From IMG/VR virus record IMGVR_UViG_3300043570_001522: DNA of 64,000 nucleotides; one strand, written 5' to 3'. Of the stretch, positions 1 through 9,680 are shown in pieces. A program made the position numbers and the translations under genes. The notes below the pieces were generated by a model that was given only the letters and a program-made list of their open reading frames with translations, ran no database searches and had not been told where the DNA came from. Each line of letters begins with the position of its first letter. Positions within the stretch are counted from its first letter, which is position 1. Origin of the DNA: an uncultured virus (IMG/VR IMGVR_UViG_3300043570_001522) (Duplodnaviria; Heunggongvirae; Uroviricota; Caudoviricetes).

Positions 1-2
1 AG

Positions 3-620
3 TCTTCTTTCACACTTGATATGTTTAAATCTGAATTGTATAACTTCTACCAAGGTAAAGTTGAGTTCAAAGGTCCAGATCCACAAAGATCACTTGTTGT
101 TCAAACAGGTATTGGTGGTATGCAATTAATCAACAAAGCTATTGCTGATGAAGTATACGGTTCTGGTTTAGTACAAAATGCTAGTGAGATTGGAGCTGTT
201 ACAGGTAAAGGTATGGATCTAGATTATGGATTTGCTTACACTTCATTTACTATTCCTTTCTTAGCTAATGTTAAGTTTGTATTGAACCCAGCGTTTGATA
301 ACTTGAATACTAATGATATTGAGAATCCATTAATTGATGGCCGTCCATTAAGCTCTTATAGCTTCATTATCTTTGATGTAACAGATGAAGGAAATGATAA
401 CATCCATTTATTGAAATTATCTTGGGATAATCAATTGAAATGGTTCTACCAAAATGGAACTATGGATTACATGGGAAGAACTCAAGGTTTTGCATCTACA
501 GGTAACTTTAACGGATACCGTGTAATGATGTCACAAACTATGCCTGCTATCTGGGTTAAAGATCCAACTAAAGTTTTGAAAATTGTTATGAGAAACCCAA
601 TTACTGGTGGTTCATTCTAA
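3..620 (+). CDS. Major capsid protein, C-terminal part (5' truncated by window edge)
   Basis: The frame is open from position 3 (SSFTLDMFK...). The C-terminus (IWVKDPTKVLKIVMRNPITGGSF) resembles crAss-like MCPs. It is followed by a terminator and the usual crAss-like head/neck genes. Confidence 0.8.
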   Translation, partial: SSFTLDMFKSELYNFYQGKVEFKGPDPQRSLVVQTGIGGMQLINKAIADEVYGSGLVQNASEIGAVTGKGMDLDYGFAYTSFTIPFLANVKFVLNPAFDNLNTNDIENPLIDGRPLSSYSFIIFDVTDEGNDNIHLLKLSWDNQLKWFYQNGTMDYMGRTQGFASTGNFNGYRVMMSQTMPAIWVKDPTKVLKIVMRNPITGGSF

Positions 621-637
621 TAATTAATAATAAAAAT

Positions 638-669
638 GGGAGGCAGTGTAAAAGCTCCTCCCTTTTTTT
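638..669 (+). terminator. Rho-independent terminator after MCP
   Basis: GGGAGG...CCTCCC stem followed by T7. Confidence 0.8.
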
Positions 670-690
670 AATCTTTAAAATACAAATAAA

Positions 691-891
691 ATGGGACTAG
701 ATATAAAAAAAGCAAATAAAACATATGAATTTACTAATTCAAATGTTTCTGAAATTATTGCTTCAAAAGCTGTAGGTAAAGGTATATTGGATAGAAATTA
801 TGCAGATAATGCTGCAGCAAAAACAGCAGGATTAGTTAATGGAGATTTTTATCACACAGATGGGGTATTAAAAATTGTTTATACGGCTTAA
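691..891 (+). CDS. Small hypothetical virion/decoration protein
   Basis: 66-aa ORF with an A-rich start context. The C-terminal YADNAAAKTAGL..GDFYHTDGVLKIV module resembles those on Bacteroidota phage fibre proteins. Confidence 0.55.
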   Translation: MGLDIKKANKTYEFTNSNVSEIIASKAVGKGILDRNYADNAAAKTAGLVNGDFYHTDGVLKIVYTA

Positions 892-1013
892 GTCAAATAA
901 ACTATAGTGAGGATAAAATCTCACTTTAGAAATATTAATAATAATAGATTGTACATAATTATGTACTTTTGACAATGATAAAACAATTATTAAATTTTAA
1001 CAAAAACCAAATT

Positions 1014-2030
1014 ATGAATGATTACACAATTGTAGAAAAGTATCAGCAAACAAAAAGTCAAACTATTGCTATACGCCCTTATTTTAATTCTTCAAAAGAG
1101 AATATGGGTTTAGAGCATTATGGATTAGCTTTGCATGATGGAGTATTTCATGAAGAAACATTAGCTTGTTTAGAAATGAATGGAGTTAAACGTTATGTTA
1201 CAGGATTAAATGAATTTGCTCCTGATGTAAAAATGTTACCTACAAAAGAAAAAGAAGCTAAAATAAAAGAGATTAGAAAAGTTGTTGCTCAACTAGAAGC
1301 TGAATTAGCAGCCAATGTTGTTGCGGTTGATGATAAAGATTTTTGGAATAAGCTTACAGTAATGAAGCCTGATAATTCAAAATTCTGGGATAAGATTAGT
1401 TTAAGATGTGGTAATGATCCTGTGTTTTTAGATCCAGATAAAGATCCTTATGACTTAATTAAATTACATGCTATTCATGCTGGAGGTTTTTCTATTGTAG
1501 CAAAATCATTAAGAGAAGCAAGAGAATCCGGTAATCCACCTAAATTCTATCTTGATACAATGGAAGAAACATTGAGTACAAGAACAGAACTTAGCAAATT
1601 GAAAAATAAAGCATTAGTTGAATTACAAAAAATGTATGATTCAAATGCATCAAAATTAATGTATGTTGCTAAAATCTGTGATGCTGATAGTGTACAGTAT
1701 GTGAAAAATACACCAAATGATATTCTTTATGAAAACATGGATGAATACATTCATGGAAATGGTGCTGAGTCTTCTAAGAAAAGAGCAGCTTCACAATTCA
1801 TAGAAGTATCTGGATTATCAATGGAAGAATTAAAAATAAGAGCTTTAATTAAAGATTCTTTATATTATAGATTTATTACTACTAAAGCAGGAGGTTGGAT
1901 TGAACCAATTGATAGTGGAATTAGGTTAGGTAAATCACCATCTGAATGTTTGGAATTTTTAAAGAATCCAGAGAATGAGGAAACATTAATGTCATTACTT
2001 AATAAAGTAGAACCATACTGGAACTCTTAA
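1014..2030 (+). CDS. Conserved crAss-like head-module protein (gene downstream of MCP)
   Basis: Long ORF. ATG at 1014 has an A-rich leader and is preferred over the TTG at 969. Synteny after MCP. Confidence 0.6.
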   Translation: MNDYTIVEKYQQTKSQTIAIRPYFNSSKENMGLEHYGLALHDGVFHEETLACLEMNGVKRYVTGLNEFAPDVKMLPTKEKEAKIKEIRKVVAQLEAELAANVVAVDDKDFWNKLTVMKPDNSKFWDKISLRCGNDPVFLDPDKDPYDLIKLHAIHAGGFSIVAKSLREARESGNPPKFYLDTMEETLSTRTELSKLKNKALVELQKMYDSNASKLMYVAKICDADSVQYVKNTPNDILYENMDEYIHGNGAESSKKRAASQFIEVSGLSMEELKIRALIKDSLYYRFITTKAGGWIEPIDSGIRLGKSPSECLEFLKNPENEETLMSLLNKVEPYWNS

Positions 2031-2040
2031 AATATAAAAA

Positions 2041-2748
2041 ATGAATAATAACACTCTCTTAATTAAATTAAAACAAAGGTTAAATAAACTTGACAGCCAA
2101 GACTATGATAACATAGAGTGTTGGCAATTTGTTGAAGCATTTAATAAAGTACAGTTAGATTGGTGTAGAAGAACTTTACACGGAGGTAATATGTACAAAG
2201 AAGGTGATGAAATGTCTAAAAGAAGAATTGATGATTTACAACCCTTGTTAAGAGAGTTATCTTTAACAGGAGTTGTAACTGATCAATACTTTGAAGCAAC
2301 TAATTTTCCTGTAAATACATACTTAGAATTTAAAAGAATAAGTACTAATGCTACAAGTGAATGTTGTCCAGATCCAAGATCAATGACAGTGTATTTAGCA
2401 GAAGAAGCTAACGTATCTCTTTTACTAAGAGATCCATTAAAGGATCCAAGTTTTGAATGGGGTGAAACATTTTGTACATTTTTGGGTAACAAAATTAGAA
2501 TCTATAAAAACAAAGATTTTAATATTGTAACTCCTGTATTAACATATTATCAAAAACCAGTTTATATTCAAATACTAGGATGTGTGGATCCATATACAGG
2601 AGTTGTTAGTACAGTTGATGTACCATGTCAATTTAAAGATGATGTTGTTGAAGTATTATTAGATGATACAGCTTCACTTATTGCAGGAGATATTGAAAAC
2701 ATTTATCAACAACAAAGGGGCCAAGGTTCTGCTGAAAGAAATAATTAG
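2041..2748 (+). CDS. Putative neck/ring (head-tail connector) protein
   Basis: 235 aa, LNKLDSQDYDN...KRRIDDLQPLL pattern as in crAss-like ring proteins; synteny. Confidence 0.55.
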   Translation: MNNNTLLIKLKQRLNKLDSQDYDNIECWQFVEAFNKVQLDWCRRTLHGGNMYKEGDEMSKRRIDDLQPLLRELSLTGVVTDQYFEATNFPVNTYLEFKRISTNATSECCPDPRSMTVYLAEEANVSLLLRDPLKDPSFEWGETFCTFLGNKIRIYKNKDFNIVTPVLTYYQKPVYIQILGCVDPYTGVVSTVDVPCQFKDDVVEVLLDDTASLIAGDIENIYQQQRGQGSAERNN

Positions 2749-2750
2749 TT

Positions 2751-3281
2751 ATGGAAAATAAAACAAGAACATTAAAGATAAATACTCAACCAATTAAAAC
2801 ACTTAGCAGACCACAATCTGCAAAAGTTGAAGAAAAAGAAGATGAAGAAGAAGAGTATGTTATAGCTAAACCTGTACCAGATACTGGTGTTGGTGGAAGT
2901 TCTTTAGATACTATGACTGCAAATCTAGCAACAGAAATGATGAATGCTGCAATTAGTTTTCATAAGCTTCATTTGAAAGTAAAAGGGGAAGGTTCTTTTT
3001 CAGCACATAAAGCTTTGGGTGAATTTTATGAAGGTTTACATGGTCATGCTGATACATTAGTAGAAGGATATCAAGGTGTTGCTGAAAAACTTTTATCATA
3101 TAAAGATTCACCAATTAGAACTTTAGATACTGTAGCAGATGCTGTAGGATATTTAAGAGATATGTATAACATAGTAAATAAACTACAAGCTATGATGCCT
3201 TATTCAGAAATTGTAAATAATTTAGATCTTGTAAAAGATTCAATTAATTCAACAAAATATAAATTAATTTTTTTATCATAG
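2751..3281 (+). CDS. Dps/ferritin-like four-helix-bundle protein
   Basis: HKLHLKVKG..SFSAHKALGEFYEGL..HADTLVE matches the Dps ferroxidase pattern (H-x-x-x-x-G...H...Y...D-x-x-x-E). Confidence 0.75.
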   Translation: MENKTRTLKINTQPIKTLSRPQSAKVEEKEDEEEEYVIAKPVPDTGVGGSSLDTMTANLATEMMNAAISFHKLHLKVKGEGSFSAHKALGEFYEGLHGHADTLVEGYQGVAEKLLSYKDSPIRTLDTVADAVGYLRDMYNIVNKLQAMMPYSEIVNNLDLVKDSINSTKYKLIFLS

Positions 3282-3296
3282 TAGGAATTTAAATAA

Positions 3297-3313
3297 TTTT
3301 TCTTATATTATAA
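3297..3313 (+). promoter_or_regulatory. Putative phage promoter motif (variant TTTTTCTTATATTATAA)
   Basis: Variant of the intergenic motif that recurs at 4918, 11892, 16161, 28786, 57434 and 58223. Confidence 0.45.
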
Positions 3314-3365
3314 CTGTACACATAGTACAACTTTATATATTTATTAACAACAAAAAACAAAAATT

Positions 3366-4829
3366 ATGGCTTATTTTAATCATGCGTTTTACAAAACGTT
3401 TGTTGCTACTTCAACACAAGCATCTGCTAGTGTAGCAACTTCAGCATTGACTGCTGGGCAATTAGGTATAGTTACTGACGCTACTTGGCAAACTATTGCT
3501 GTTTCTGGTGGTACTTTACCTGCAAACTCATTAGCTTACCTTGTACAAGGAAGTTATTACACTAAAGATGCTATTGGAAACAATCCTGGTCATGGAGGTT
3601 ACAAAGAATCTGTTAAATCAAAAGGTATTAATCCAAAATATATTTCAAGAGTTTGGGTTACTAACTGTTTATCAGCTGTACAATCTACTGCATCTTTATC
3701 ATTAGGACCTAATTGTGCTCCTTGTGGAAAAACACAATTTATGAGACTTGATATCAAAGGTTCTCCAACATTACGTTTCTTAAATCACAATGCTTATGCA
3801 ATTGGTGATTCAGCTAACATTTGTTGTATTGATGGGCAAGAGTTTTTAGATCCTACATTAGTATCTGCTACTATGGCTAAAATGGTTCTTGCTAATCCAT
3901 TAATTCAACCATTTATTGCTGAAGGTGATGTTAATGGTGTTGAAACTGCTACATTAGTTGCTGGTTCTGGATATTCTGTTGGAAATAATATTGCTACTAC
4001 AGGTGGTACTGGTTCAGGATTTAAAATTAATATTTTAACTTTATCTTCTGGTGGTATTGCTACTTATAGTATTGCTGCACGTGGTGCTGGATATACTGTA
4101 GGTGATGTATTAACTGTTGCTGGTGGTACTGGTGGAACTTTAACAATTACTGCTCTTACTGCAGGTGGTGTTGTAGTTACTGCAACTACTGGTGCTGTAA
4201 GTGTACAAACTGTATACACTATTGAACAAGCTTTAGGTACTGCTGGTTCTGGAAATTATGTTCCTTCAACTGATCCTAATGGTACAACTAAAATTACTGC
4301 TACAGTTAATTTTGTAGGTGCTTATGTTGATACTAAATTTGGTAACTGTTCATTTGATACTAGAGATCATTTTAATGCAGAACCTGTAGTTATCATTGCG
4401 TCTATCTTAGATGAAACTGGTAACCCATGTAATGATTGTGGAGTTGCTACAAGCACACCTGGTCAAATGCAAGAAACTCAAGGTGAAACTGTAGTTAGAG
4501 ATTTAATCTTATCTGAAAGATACAGACAATCTCCATTTAACCAAGGGAATGCAGATAGCGCAAGAATTAGAGAGATTGAAATGTCAGATGAAATCTTAGC
4601 TGCTGTTGATAGAACTGCTACTTATAAAGCATACTATATCCAACATACTGTTCCAAGATTCAATAACCCATCTGGTGTTTTTGACAATGATCAATATGTT
4701 TACCAAATATATGTGAAATGTTCTGATACAACTGCTAACACAAATGTATTAGCATTAGTTAATAGAGTAGTTGCTTTAGCAAATGCTGCAGGTAATAACA
4801 TTGCATTAGAGACTAACTCATACTGGTAG
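3366..4829 (+). CDS. Conserved crAss-like virion structural protein (auxiliary capsid protein candidate) with Gly/Thr-rich insertion
   Basis: 487 aa with its own promoter motif and terminator, implying high expression. Internal repeated GSGYSVG/GAGYTVG beta module. Confidence 0.55.
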   Translation: MAYFNHAFYKTFVATSTQASASVATSALTAGQLGIVTDATWQTIAVSGGTLPANSLAYLVQGSYYTKDAIGNNPGHGGYKESVKSKGINPKYISRVWVTNCLSAVQSTASLSLGPNCAPCGKTQFMRLDIKGSPTLRFLNHNAYAIGDSANICCIDGQEFLDPTLVSATMAKMVLANPLIQPFIAEGDVNGVETATLVAGSGYSVGNNIATTGGTGSGFKINILTLSSGGIATYSIAARGAGYTVGDVLTVAGGTGGTLTITALTAGGVVVTATTGAVSVQTVYTIEQALGTAGSGNYVPSTDPNGTTKITATVNFVGAYVDTKFGNCSFDTRDHFNAEPVVIIASILDETGNPCNDCGVATSTPGQMQETQGETVVRDLILSERYRQSPFNQGNADSARIREIEMSDEILAAVDRTATYKAYYIQHTVPRFNNPSGVFDNDQYVYQIYVKCSDTTANTNVLALVNRVVALANAAGNNIALETNSYW

Positions 4830-4867
4830 GATGTAAACCTGATAAAGGTTATTCTATTTAAAAATTT

Positions 4868-4904
4868 AGAGTAGGGGTATAAAAACTCCTACTCTTTTTT
4901 TTTT
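4868..4904 (+). terminator. Rho-independent terminator
   Basis: AGAGTAGGGG / CTCCTACTCT stem followed by a T10 tract. Confidence 0.85.
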
Positions 4905-4917
4905 CTTTTATTCTAAA

Positions 4918-4933
4918 TTTTTTGTATATTGTA
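4918..4933 (+). promoter_or_regulatory. Putative phage promoter motif TTTTTTGTATATTGTA
   Basis: Repeated motif lying just after a terminator and about 30 nt before an ATG. Confidence 0.55.
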
Positions 4934-4961
4934 TATATAAGTGTATTAAATAAATATAAAA

Positions 4962-5534
4962 ATGGCTGACAAACATATATTAAGCTTAGAAATACCAACA
5001 GTATCTAACTGTAATCTTTTATGTATTAAAGATACTAGTCAGTATTCTTCAGAAATTGCTGTTGATTGTGAAGAATTATTGATTACACTTCCGGGATTTA
5101 CTGTTCCTGTTTTGTTAAAAGTAACAAAAGGATTTGACATGTGTTTAACAGCATGTGCTCTTGCAATACAAAAACTTAATTGTGGATCAGCACAACAAGA
5201 AATTCCTGATGGTATTTATGTTTTTAGATATAGTGTTTCTCCTAACTTAAAAGTATATGTTGAATATAATCATTTAAGAGTAACTAAGTTATTGACAAAA
5301 TACTATGAAGTATTATGTGATCTGAATATTCAAGCATGTCAACCAGAAACATACAAACAAGAACTACTAAATGAAATGTCATTCATTAAAATTATGATTG
5401 ATGCTGCTGTAGCTAATGTAGAATATTGTCAATCTGCTGCACAAGGTATGCAGTTATTTAATTTTGCAAAAGATAGATTAAATAGAATAATATGTCCATC
5501 TGGAAATTGTGGTTCACGTACATATCAATATTGA
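4962..5534 (+). CDS. Cys-rich putative tail hub/neck structural protein
   Basis: 190 aa, IPDGIYVFRYSVSPN motif, many Cys, structural context. Confidence 0.5.
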   Translation: MADKHILSLEIPTVSNCNLLCIKDTSQYSSEIAVDCEELLITLPGFTVPVLLKVTKGFDMCLTACALAIQKLNCGSAQQEIPDGIYVFRYSVSPNLKVYVEYNHLRVTKLLTKYYEVLCDLNIQACQPETYKQELLNEMSFIKIMIDAAVANVEYCQSAAQGMQLFNFAKDRLNRIICPSGNCGSRTYQY

Positions 5535-5557
5535 TAGCCAAATCTAAATAATAAATT

Positions 5558-5566
5558 ATATATTTG
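5558..5566 (+). promoter_or_regulatory. Bacteroidota-type -7 promoter element (TAnnTTTG)
   Basis: TATATTTG in the intergenic gap about 40 nt before ATG 5605; similar sites near 11537 and 58198. Confidence 0.4.
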
Positions 5567-5604
5567 GCTGTAAATAAATTTAAATAAACCAAAACTAAAT
5601 TAAT

Positions 5605-5808
5605 ATGAACTGTGCAAATTGTAACAAAACATTTACTTGTGGGTGTCAAAAAGCCTTTGATGATCAAGGAACAGCCATATGTAAAACATGTGTAAATGAA
5701 TGGGCTAATAAAAGATTAAGTGGTGAAGTACCTTCTCAAGTATTATCTACAAGAGATTTAAGTTTAGAATTAGCTGCTCAACAAATTAGAGATTTAAGAA
5801 ATAAATAA
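5605..5808 (+). CDS. Small Cys-rich metal-binding (zinc-finger-like) protein
   Basis: CxxC...CGC...CxxC in 67 aa. Confidence 0.55.
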   Translation: MNCANCNKTFTCGCQKAFDDQGTAICKTCVNEWANKRLSGEVPSQVLSTRDLSLELAAQQIRDLRNK

Positions 5809-5810
5809 AT

Positions 5811-6311
5811 ATGGAGCAATCACTTATTAAAAGAATTAAAACTGAACAAAACTTTGCAGTACAGGCATACACAAATTTTAAAGAAATAAAATTTGGTATT
5901 GAACCTTGTTGTTATGTAGACTTTGAATCAGCTGCTTTAGATAAGTATTTATGTGATTGGCAAAATAGTGCATCTAATAAAATAATTATTGATAGTGGTA
6001 TATCAGGTATTTTTATTGAACCATTAATAAAAGTTAATGAAGCAGCAAGTATGTCTTGCCCAGAAACTCCAAGTAATGTTTGTACAATAATAGATTTAGA
6101 AGCATTATTATGTAAATCAGGAACTTATATACATACCCAATATGTTCCATTAACTGTTTGGGTTATAACTCATAACTTAGGACGTTTTCCATCAGTAACT
6201 GTAGTAGATACCTTAAATCAAGTTGTTGTTGGTGATATAGTATATAATAGTCCTAACATGTTAACAATAACATTTAATTCAGCATTTGCAGGATATGCAT
6301 ATTTGAATTAA
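5811..6311 (+). CDS. Putative structural protein with C-terminal THNLG beta module
   Basis: YIHTQ..VWVITHNLGRFPSVTVVD module typical of phage fibre-associated proteins. Confidence 0.55.
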   Translation: MEQSLIKRIKTEQNFAVQAYTNFKEIKFGIEPCCYVDFESAALDKYLCDWQNSASNKIIIDSGISGIFIEPLIKVNEAASMSCPETPSNVCTIIDLEALLCKSGTYIHTQYVPLTVWVITHNLGRFPSVTVVDTLNQVVVGDIVYNSPNMLTITFNSAFAGYAYLN

Positions 6312-6327
6312 AAATAATTAAAAAATA

Positions 6328-9300
6328 ATGGGTAAATTTTTAACTGATGTAGACTTAAATCAGAATGAATTACAATATGCAGTAATTCAAAATTTAAATA
6401 CTGATCCTATTGTTTCAACTACAGGACAAATTTACTATAATGCTAATATTAGTAAATTAAGATTAAAAACTTCAACAGGATGGGTAACTATTAGTACAGG
6501 AACTATAACAATACCAACATTACAGGATGTTGTTAATTCTGGTAATAGTATTTCTAATTTTGGTGGTATAGGTAATGCTGATATTTTATCAGTAAACTTT
6601 ACAAATAATAGATCACTTTATTTAAATAATAGTAGTTCTCCAACAATAAAAATTATTGATAATTTAAATGCATCACATTATGTAATTATTGATATTGATA
6701 CTATTAATCTAAATGGTACATCATATAACTGGTCTACAATTGTAAGCGGTGGAACACAAGATCTACAACAAGTACTAACAAATGGAAACTCTGCATTAGA
6801 TAAACAAATAATTTTAAGAAATGGTAGTGTAATAAATCCAACAAGTCAATCTGTTTGGAATGCTTTAGGAATTGGGGTAGAAACTGGAAATAAACAATCA
6901 TATTTACCAGCAGGAGAACTGGCTTTAATTGATACTGCTGTTGGAGGAACAATACAACTTAATGCTACTGATAAGTCGTTGAGGATTCAAGATGGAACAA
7001 TTAGAACAGATTTATTAAATGGAACTGATAGAGTTTATCAATTACCTAATGCAGATGGTACAATAGCTTTAACTTCTGATATAACTACTCCAACACTTCA
7101 ACAAGTAACTGATGCTGGTAATGAAACTGCAAATCCTTTAATAGTAACAGATAATACAGAAAATGAAACACAATTAACAGATAGAGGAATTAGATTTTAC
7201 GATTTAGATGAAAGTGGTGATACTTATTTAAAATTTATAAATACAACAGCAGCAGCACAAGAAATTGAAATAAGAGGTTTAGGTGGCACAATGGCTTTAC
7301 TTTCTGATATTACCACTCCAACACTTCAAGAAGTTTTAGATAACAATCACGATTTAGTTGATAATAATAACTTTCAAGGAACAGATGCTGGAGTTAATAA
7401 TACAGGAACTAATGTTAATGCTTTAGGAGAATTTGCAGCAAGTTCTAATACCGGAATTGCTATAAATGCTTTAGGTAAAGGTGCTGGAGTTGATAATACT
7501 GGAAATTCTGTAAATGCTTTAGGACAAGAAACTGCATTTGAAAATATTGGAAATGATGTTAATGCTTTAGGTTTTAGAGCTGGAGTTAACAACGCTTTTA
7601 ATAACGTAAATTTATTTGGAGAAACAGCACAAGCAGATGAAAATGGGCAAACTGTATTATCAAAAGATGGTACTATTATGGCTAGAATTTCAACTACTGA
7701 TTTAACAGCAACAAGAAAATATAATTTACCCGATGATTCAGGCACACTTGCTTTAACATCTGATATTCCAGCTGCTGGAGTTACTTCAGTCGGATTAACA
7801 ATGCCATCTGCTTTTACGGTAACAAATAGTCCTATTACGTCAAGTGGTGATATAGCAGTTACAGGAGTAGGTTTAGTGTCTCAATATATTAGAGGTGATG
7901 GTACATTAGCTAACTTCCCTAATTCAACTGGCGGTGGTTCTTCAGTTAATTATTATCTTAATGGCAGTGTTTCTCAAGGAACATTTGGAGGAGATACTTA
8001 TTATCAAATGAGTAAAACACCTATACTTGGAGCAGGTACTAATTTTACAAGAACAAATGGCGCAGGTAATGGTTATATAGCGTCTTTCATAACTGATGTA
8101 GCAGACCCTAGTCAATTAAATATACCTGGTGGTAATTGGAATGTAGAGTTTTATTTTAATGCAAGTAGTGGTGGTGGTTCACCTAGTTTTTATGCTGAGC
8201 TTTATAAAGTTAGTGCTACAAATGTTTTTACACTTATTGCAAGTGATTCTGCAAATCCAGAAGGTATTACAAATGGTACAACTGTTGACCAATATTTTAC
8301 ATCAATTCCTGTACCTCAAACTACATTGCTTGCAACTGATAGATTAGCTATTAGAATATTTGTAAATACAGGAGGTAGAACTATTACACTACATACTGAA
8401 AATGGTAATTTATCAGAAGTATTAACTACATTTACAACAGGACTTACTGCATTAAATGGACTTACAGCGCAAGTACAGAATTTAGCAGTAGGAACAACAG
8501 GAACTGATTTTGCTATTAACTCTAATACAGCAACTCATACATTTAATTTACCAACAGCATCTGCTGCAAATAGAGGAGCATTATCTTCAGCAGATTGGAC
8601 AATATTTAACAATAAACAAAATAATTTAAAAACCTTTAATAGAACTCAAGGTGTTTATTACTTTGAGGAGTTTATGGGTAATCAAGCTGGAGGGCTTGGT
8701 GCGAGTTATAGTACTGTAATTACGTTATCAAGTGGTAATGCTACTGCAAGAACTGTTGCTACTACTAATAGAACTAATCAACAAGGTATTATACAACCTC
8801 AAACAGGTACTGGTGCTACAAACTTTGCTGGATATAATTATGGTGGACTTGGTACTAATGGTACATTATATATTGGTTCAGGTTCAATAAGCTTAGAAAC
8901 CTATGTAACTGTTGAAACTTTGTCAAATGCAACTGAAAGATTTCACACAATTTTTGGTTATTATAATGGTTCTAATTTTAGTAATACAGCAAATGGCATA
9001 TTCTTTTCTTATGATGAAGCTGGAACTATGTTTTTTGAGTTTGGTGCAGCAGCAACACCTAACTGGAAATGTTATACAAGAGGTGGTGCAACAGTAACAA
9101 GAACAAATACATCAATTCCAGTAGTAGCTGGTCAATGGTATAAATTAAGAATAGATGTCAATGCAGCAGGAAATAGTGTTACTTTTTATATTGATGGAAC
9201 TTTGGTGGCTACACATACAACAAATATACCGGCAACAACAACAGGAATGCTTATTACTAGTTTAATAAATAAAACAGCAGGTACAACAGCAAGAAGTTTA

Positions 9301-9348
9301 TTAACTGATTACTTTATGTATGAAGAAATCTTTACAAATCCAAGATAA
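6328..9348 (+). CDS. Tail fibre / receptor-binding protein
   Basis: 1006 aa, Thr/Gly/Asn rich. Repeated TLQxVxxxGN and LPxxxGTxALTSDI modules, 16-aa VNALG repeats, and a C-terminal ConA/lectin-like motif (WYKLRIDV...VTFYIDGTLVATH). Confidence 0.8.
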   Translation: MGKFLTDVDLNQNELQYAVIQNLNTDPIVSTTGQIYYNANISKLRLKTSTGWVTISTGTITIPTLQDVVNSGNSISNFGGIGNADILSVNFTNNRSLYLNNSSSPTIKIIDNLNASHYVIIDIDTINLNGTSYNWSTIVSGGTQDLQQVLTNGNSALDKQIILRNGSVINPTSQSVWNALGIGVETGNKQSYLPAGELALIDTAVGGTIQLNATDKSLRIQDGTIRTDLLNGTDRVYQLPNADGTIALTSDITTPTLQQVTDAGNETANPLIVTDNTENETQLTDRGIRFYDLDESGDTYLKFINTTAAAQEIEIRGLGGTMALLSDITTPTLQEVLDNNHDLVDNNNFQGTDAGVNNTGTNVNALGEFAASSNTGIAINALGKGAGVDNTGNSVNALGQETAFENIGNDVNALGFRAGVNNAFNNVNLFGETAQADENGQTVLSKDGTIMARISTTDLTATRKYNLPDDSGTLALTSDIPAAGVTSVGLTMPSAFTVTNSPITSSGDIAVTGVGLVSQYIRGDGTLANFPNSTGGGSSVNYYLNGSVSQGTFGGDTYYQMSKTPILGAGTNFTRTNGAGNGYIASFITDVADPSQLNIPGGNWNVEFYFNASSGGGSPSFYAELYKVSATNVFTLIASDSANPEGITNGTTVDQYFTSIPVPQTTLLATDRLAIRIFVNTGGRTITLHTENGNLSEVLTTFTTGLTALNGLTAQVQNLAVGTTGTDFAINSNTATHTFNLPTASAANRGALSSADWTIFNNKQNNLKTFNRTQGVYYFEEFMGNQAGGLGASYSTVITLSSGNATARTVATTNRTNQQGIIQPQTGTGATNFAGYNYGGLGTNGTLYIGSGSISLETYVTVETLSNATERFHTIFGYYNGSNFSNTANGIFFSYDEAGTMFFEFGAAATPNWKCYTRGGATVTRTNTSIPVVAGQWYKLRIDVNAAGNSVTFYIDGTLVATHTTNIPATTTGMLITSLINKTAGTTARSLLTDYFMYEEIFTNPR
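7369..7620 (+). repeat. 48-nt (16-aa) periodic repeat within tail fibre
   Basis: AATGCTTTAGG at 7417, 7465, 7513 and 7561, with degenerate units at 7369 and 7609. Confidence 0.85.
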
Positions 9349-9680
9349 TGACAATATACATTTACACTGAAGGAAATAGTACAATAGAAACTATAGATAT
9401 AAATCAAATACCAGAAGGTGTTTCTTATGAAACTATAGAAAGAGAAGAGGTTGTTGATATGGTTTCTTTAACAAATGAAGCATTGCAGATTGATTTATAT
9501 TACACAGGAGTAATATCAGACCTTTTAAGAAAACACATTGAGAAACTAAGTATTGATTCAATACCTATTCCTCAAGATGTTATTGATGAAAGAGATAGAC
9601 TTAGAGCAGAATGTAATCAGAAGATATTAGAACTAGGCGTAACAAGTTTTGCATATAGACAATCAAACTTAAAATTATGA
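9348..9680 (+). CDS. Putative tail fibre assembly chaperone
   Basis: 110 aa, translationally coupled to the fibre gene; IPQDVIDERDRLR resembles tail-assembly chaperone C-termini. Confidence 0.45.
   Translation: MTIYIYTEGNSTIETIDINQIPEGVSYETIEREEVVDMVSLTNEALQIDLYYTGVISDLLRKHIEKLSIDSIPIPQDVIDERDRLRAECNQKILELGVTSFAYRQSNLKL

Noticed and set aside
7369..7620. Periodic repeats as a possible CRISPR array
   Set aside because: They are in-frame 48-nt coding repeats with only an 11-nt conserved core; no spacer structure or cas genes.
6328..9348. Diversity-generating retroelement targeting the fibre tip
   Set aside because: No reverse transcriptase and no adenine-variant TR/VR pair was seen in this window; one elsewhere in the genome cannot be excluded.
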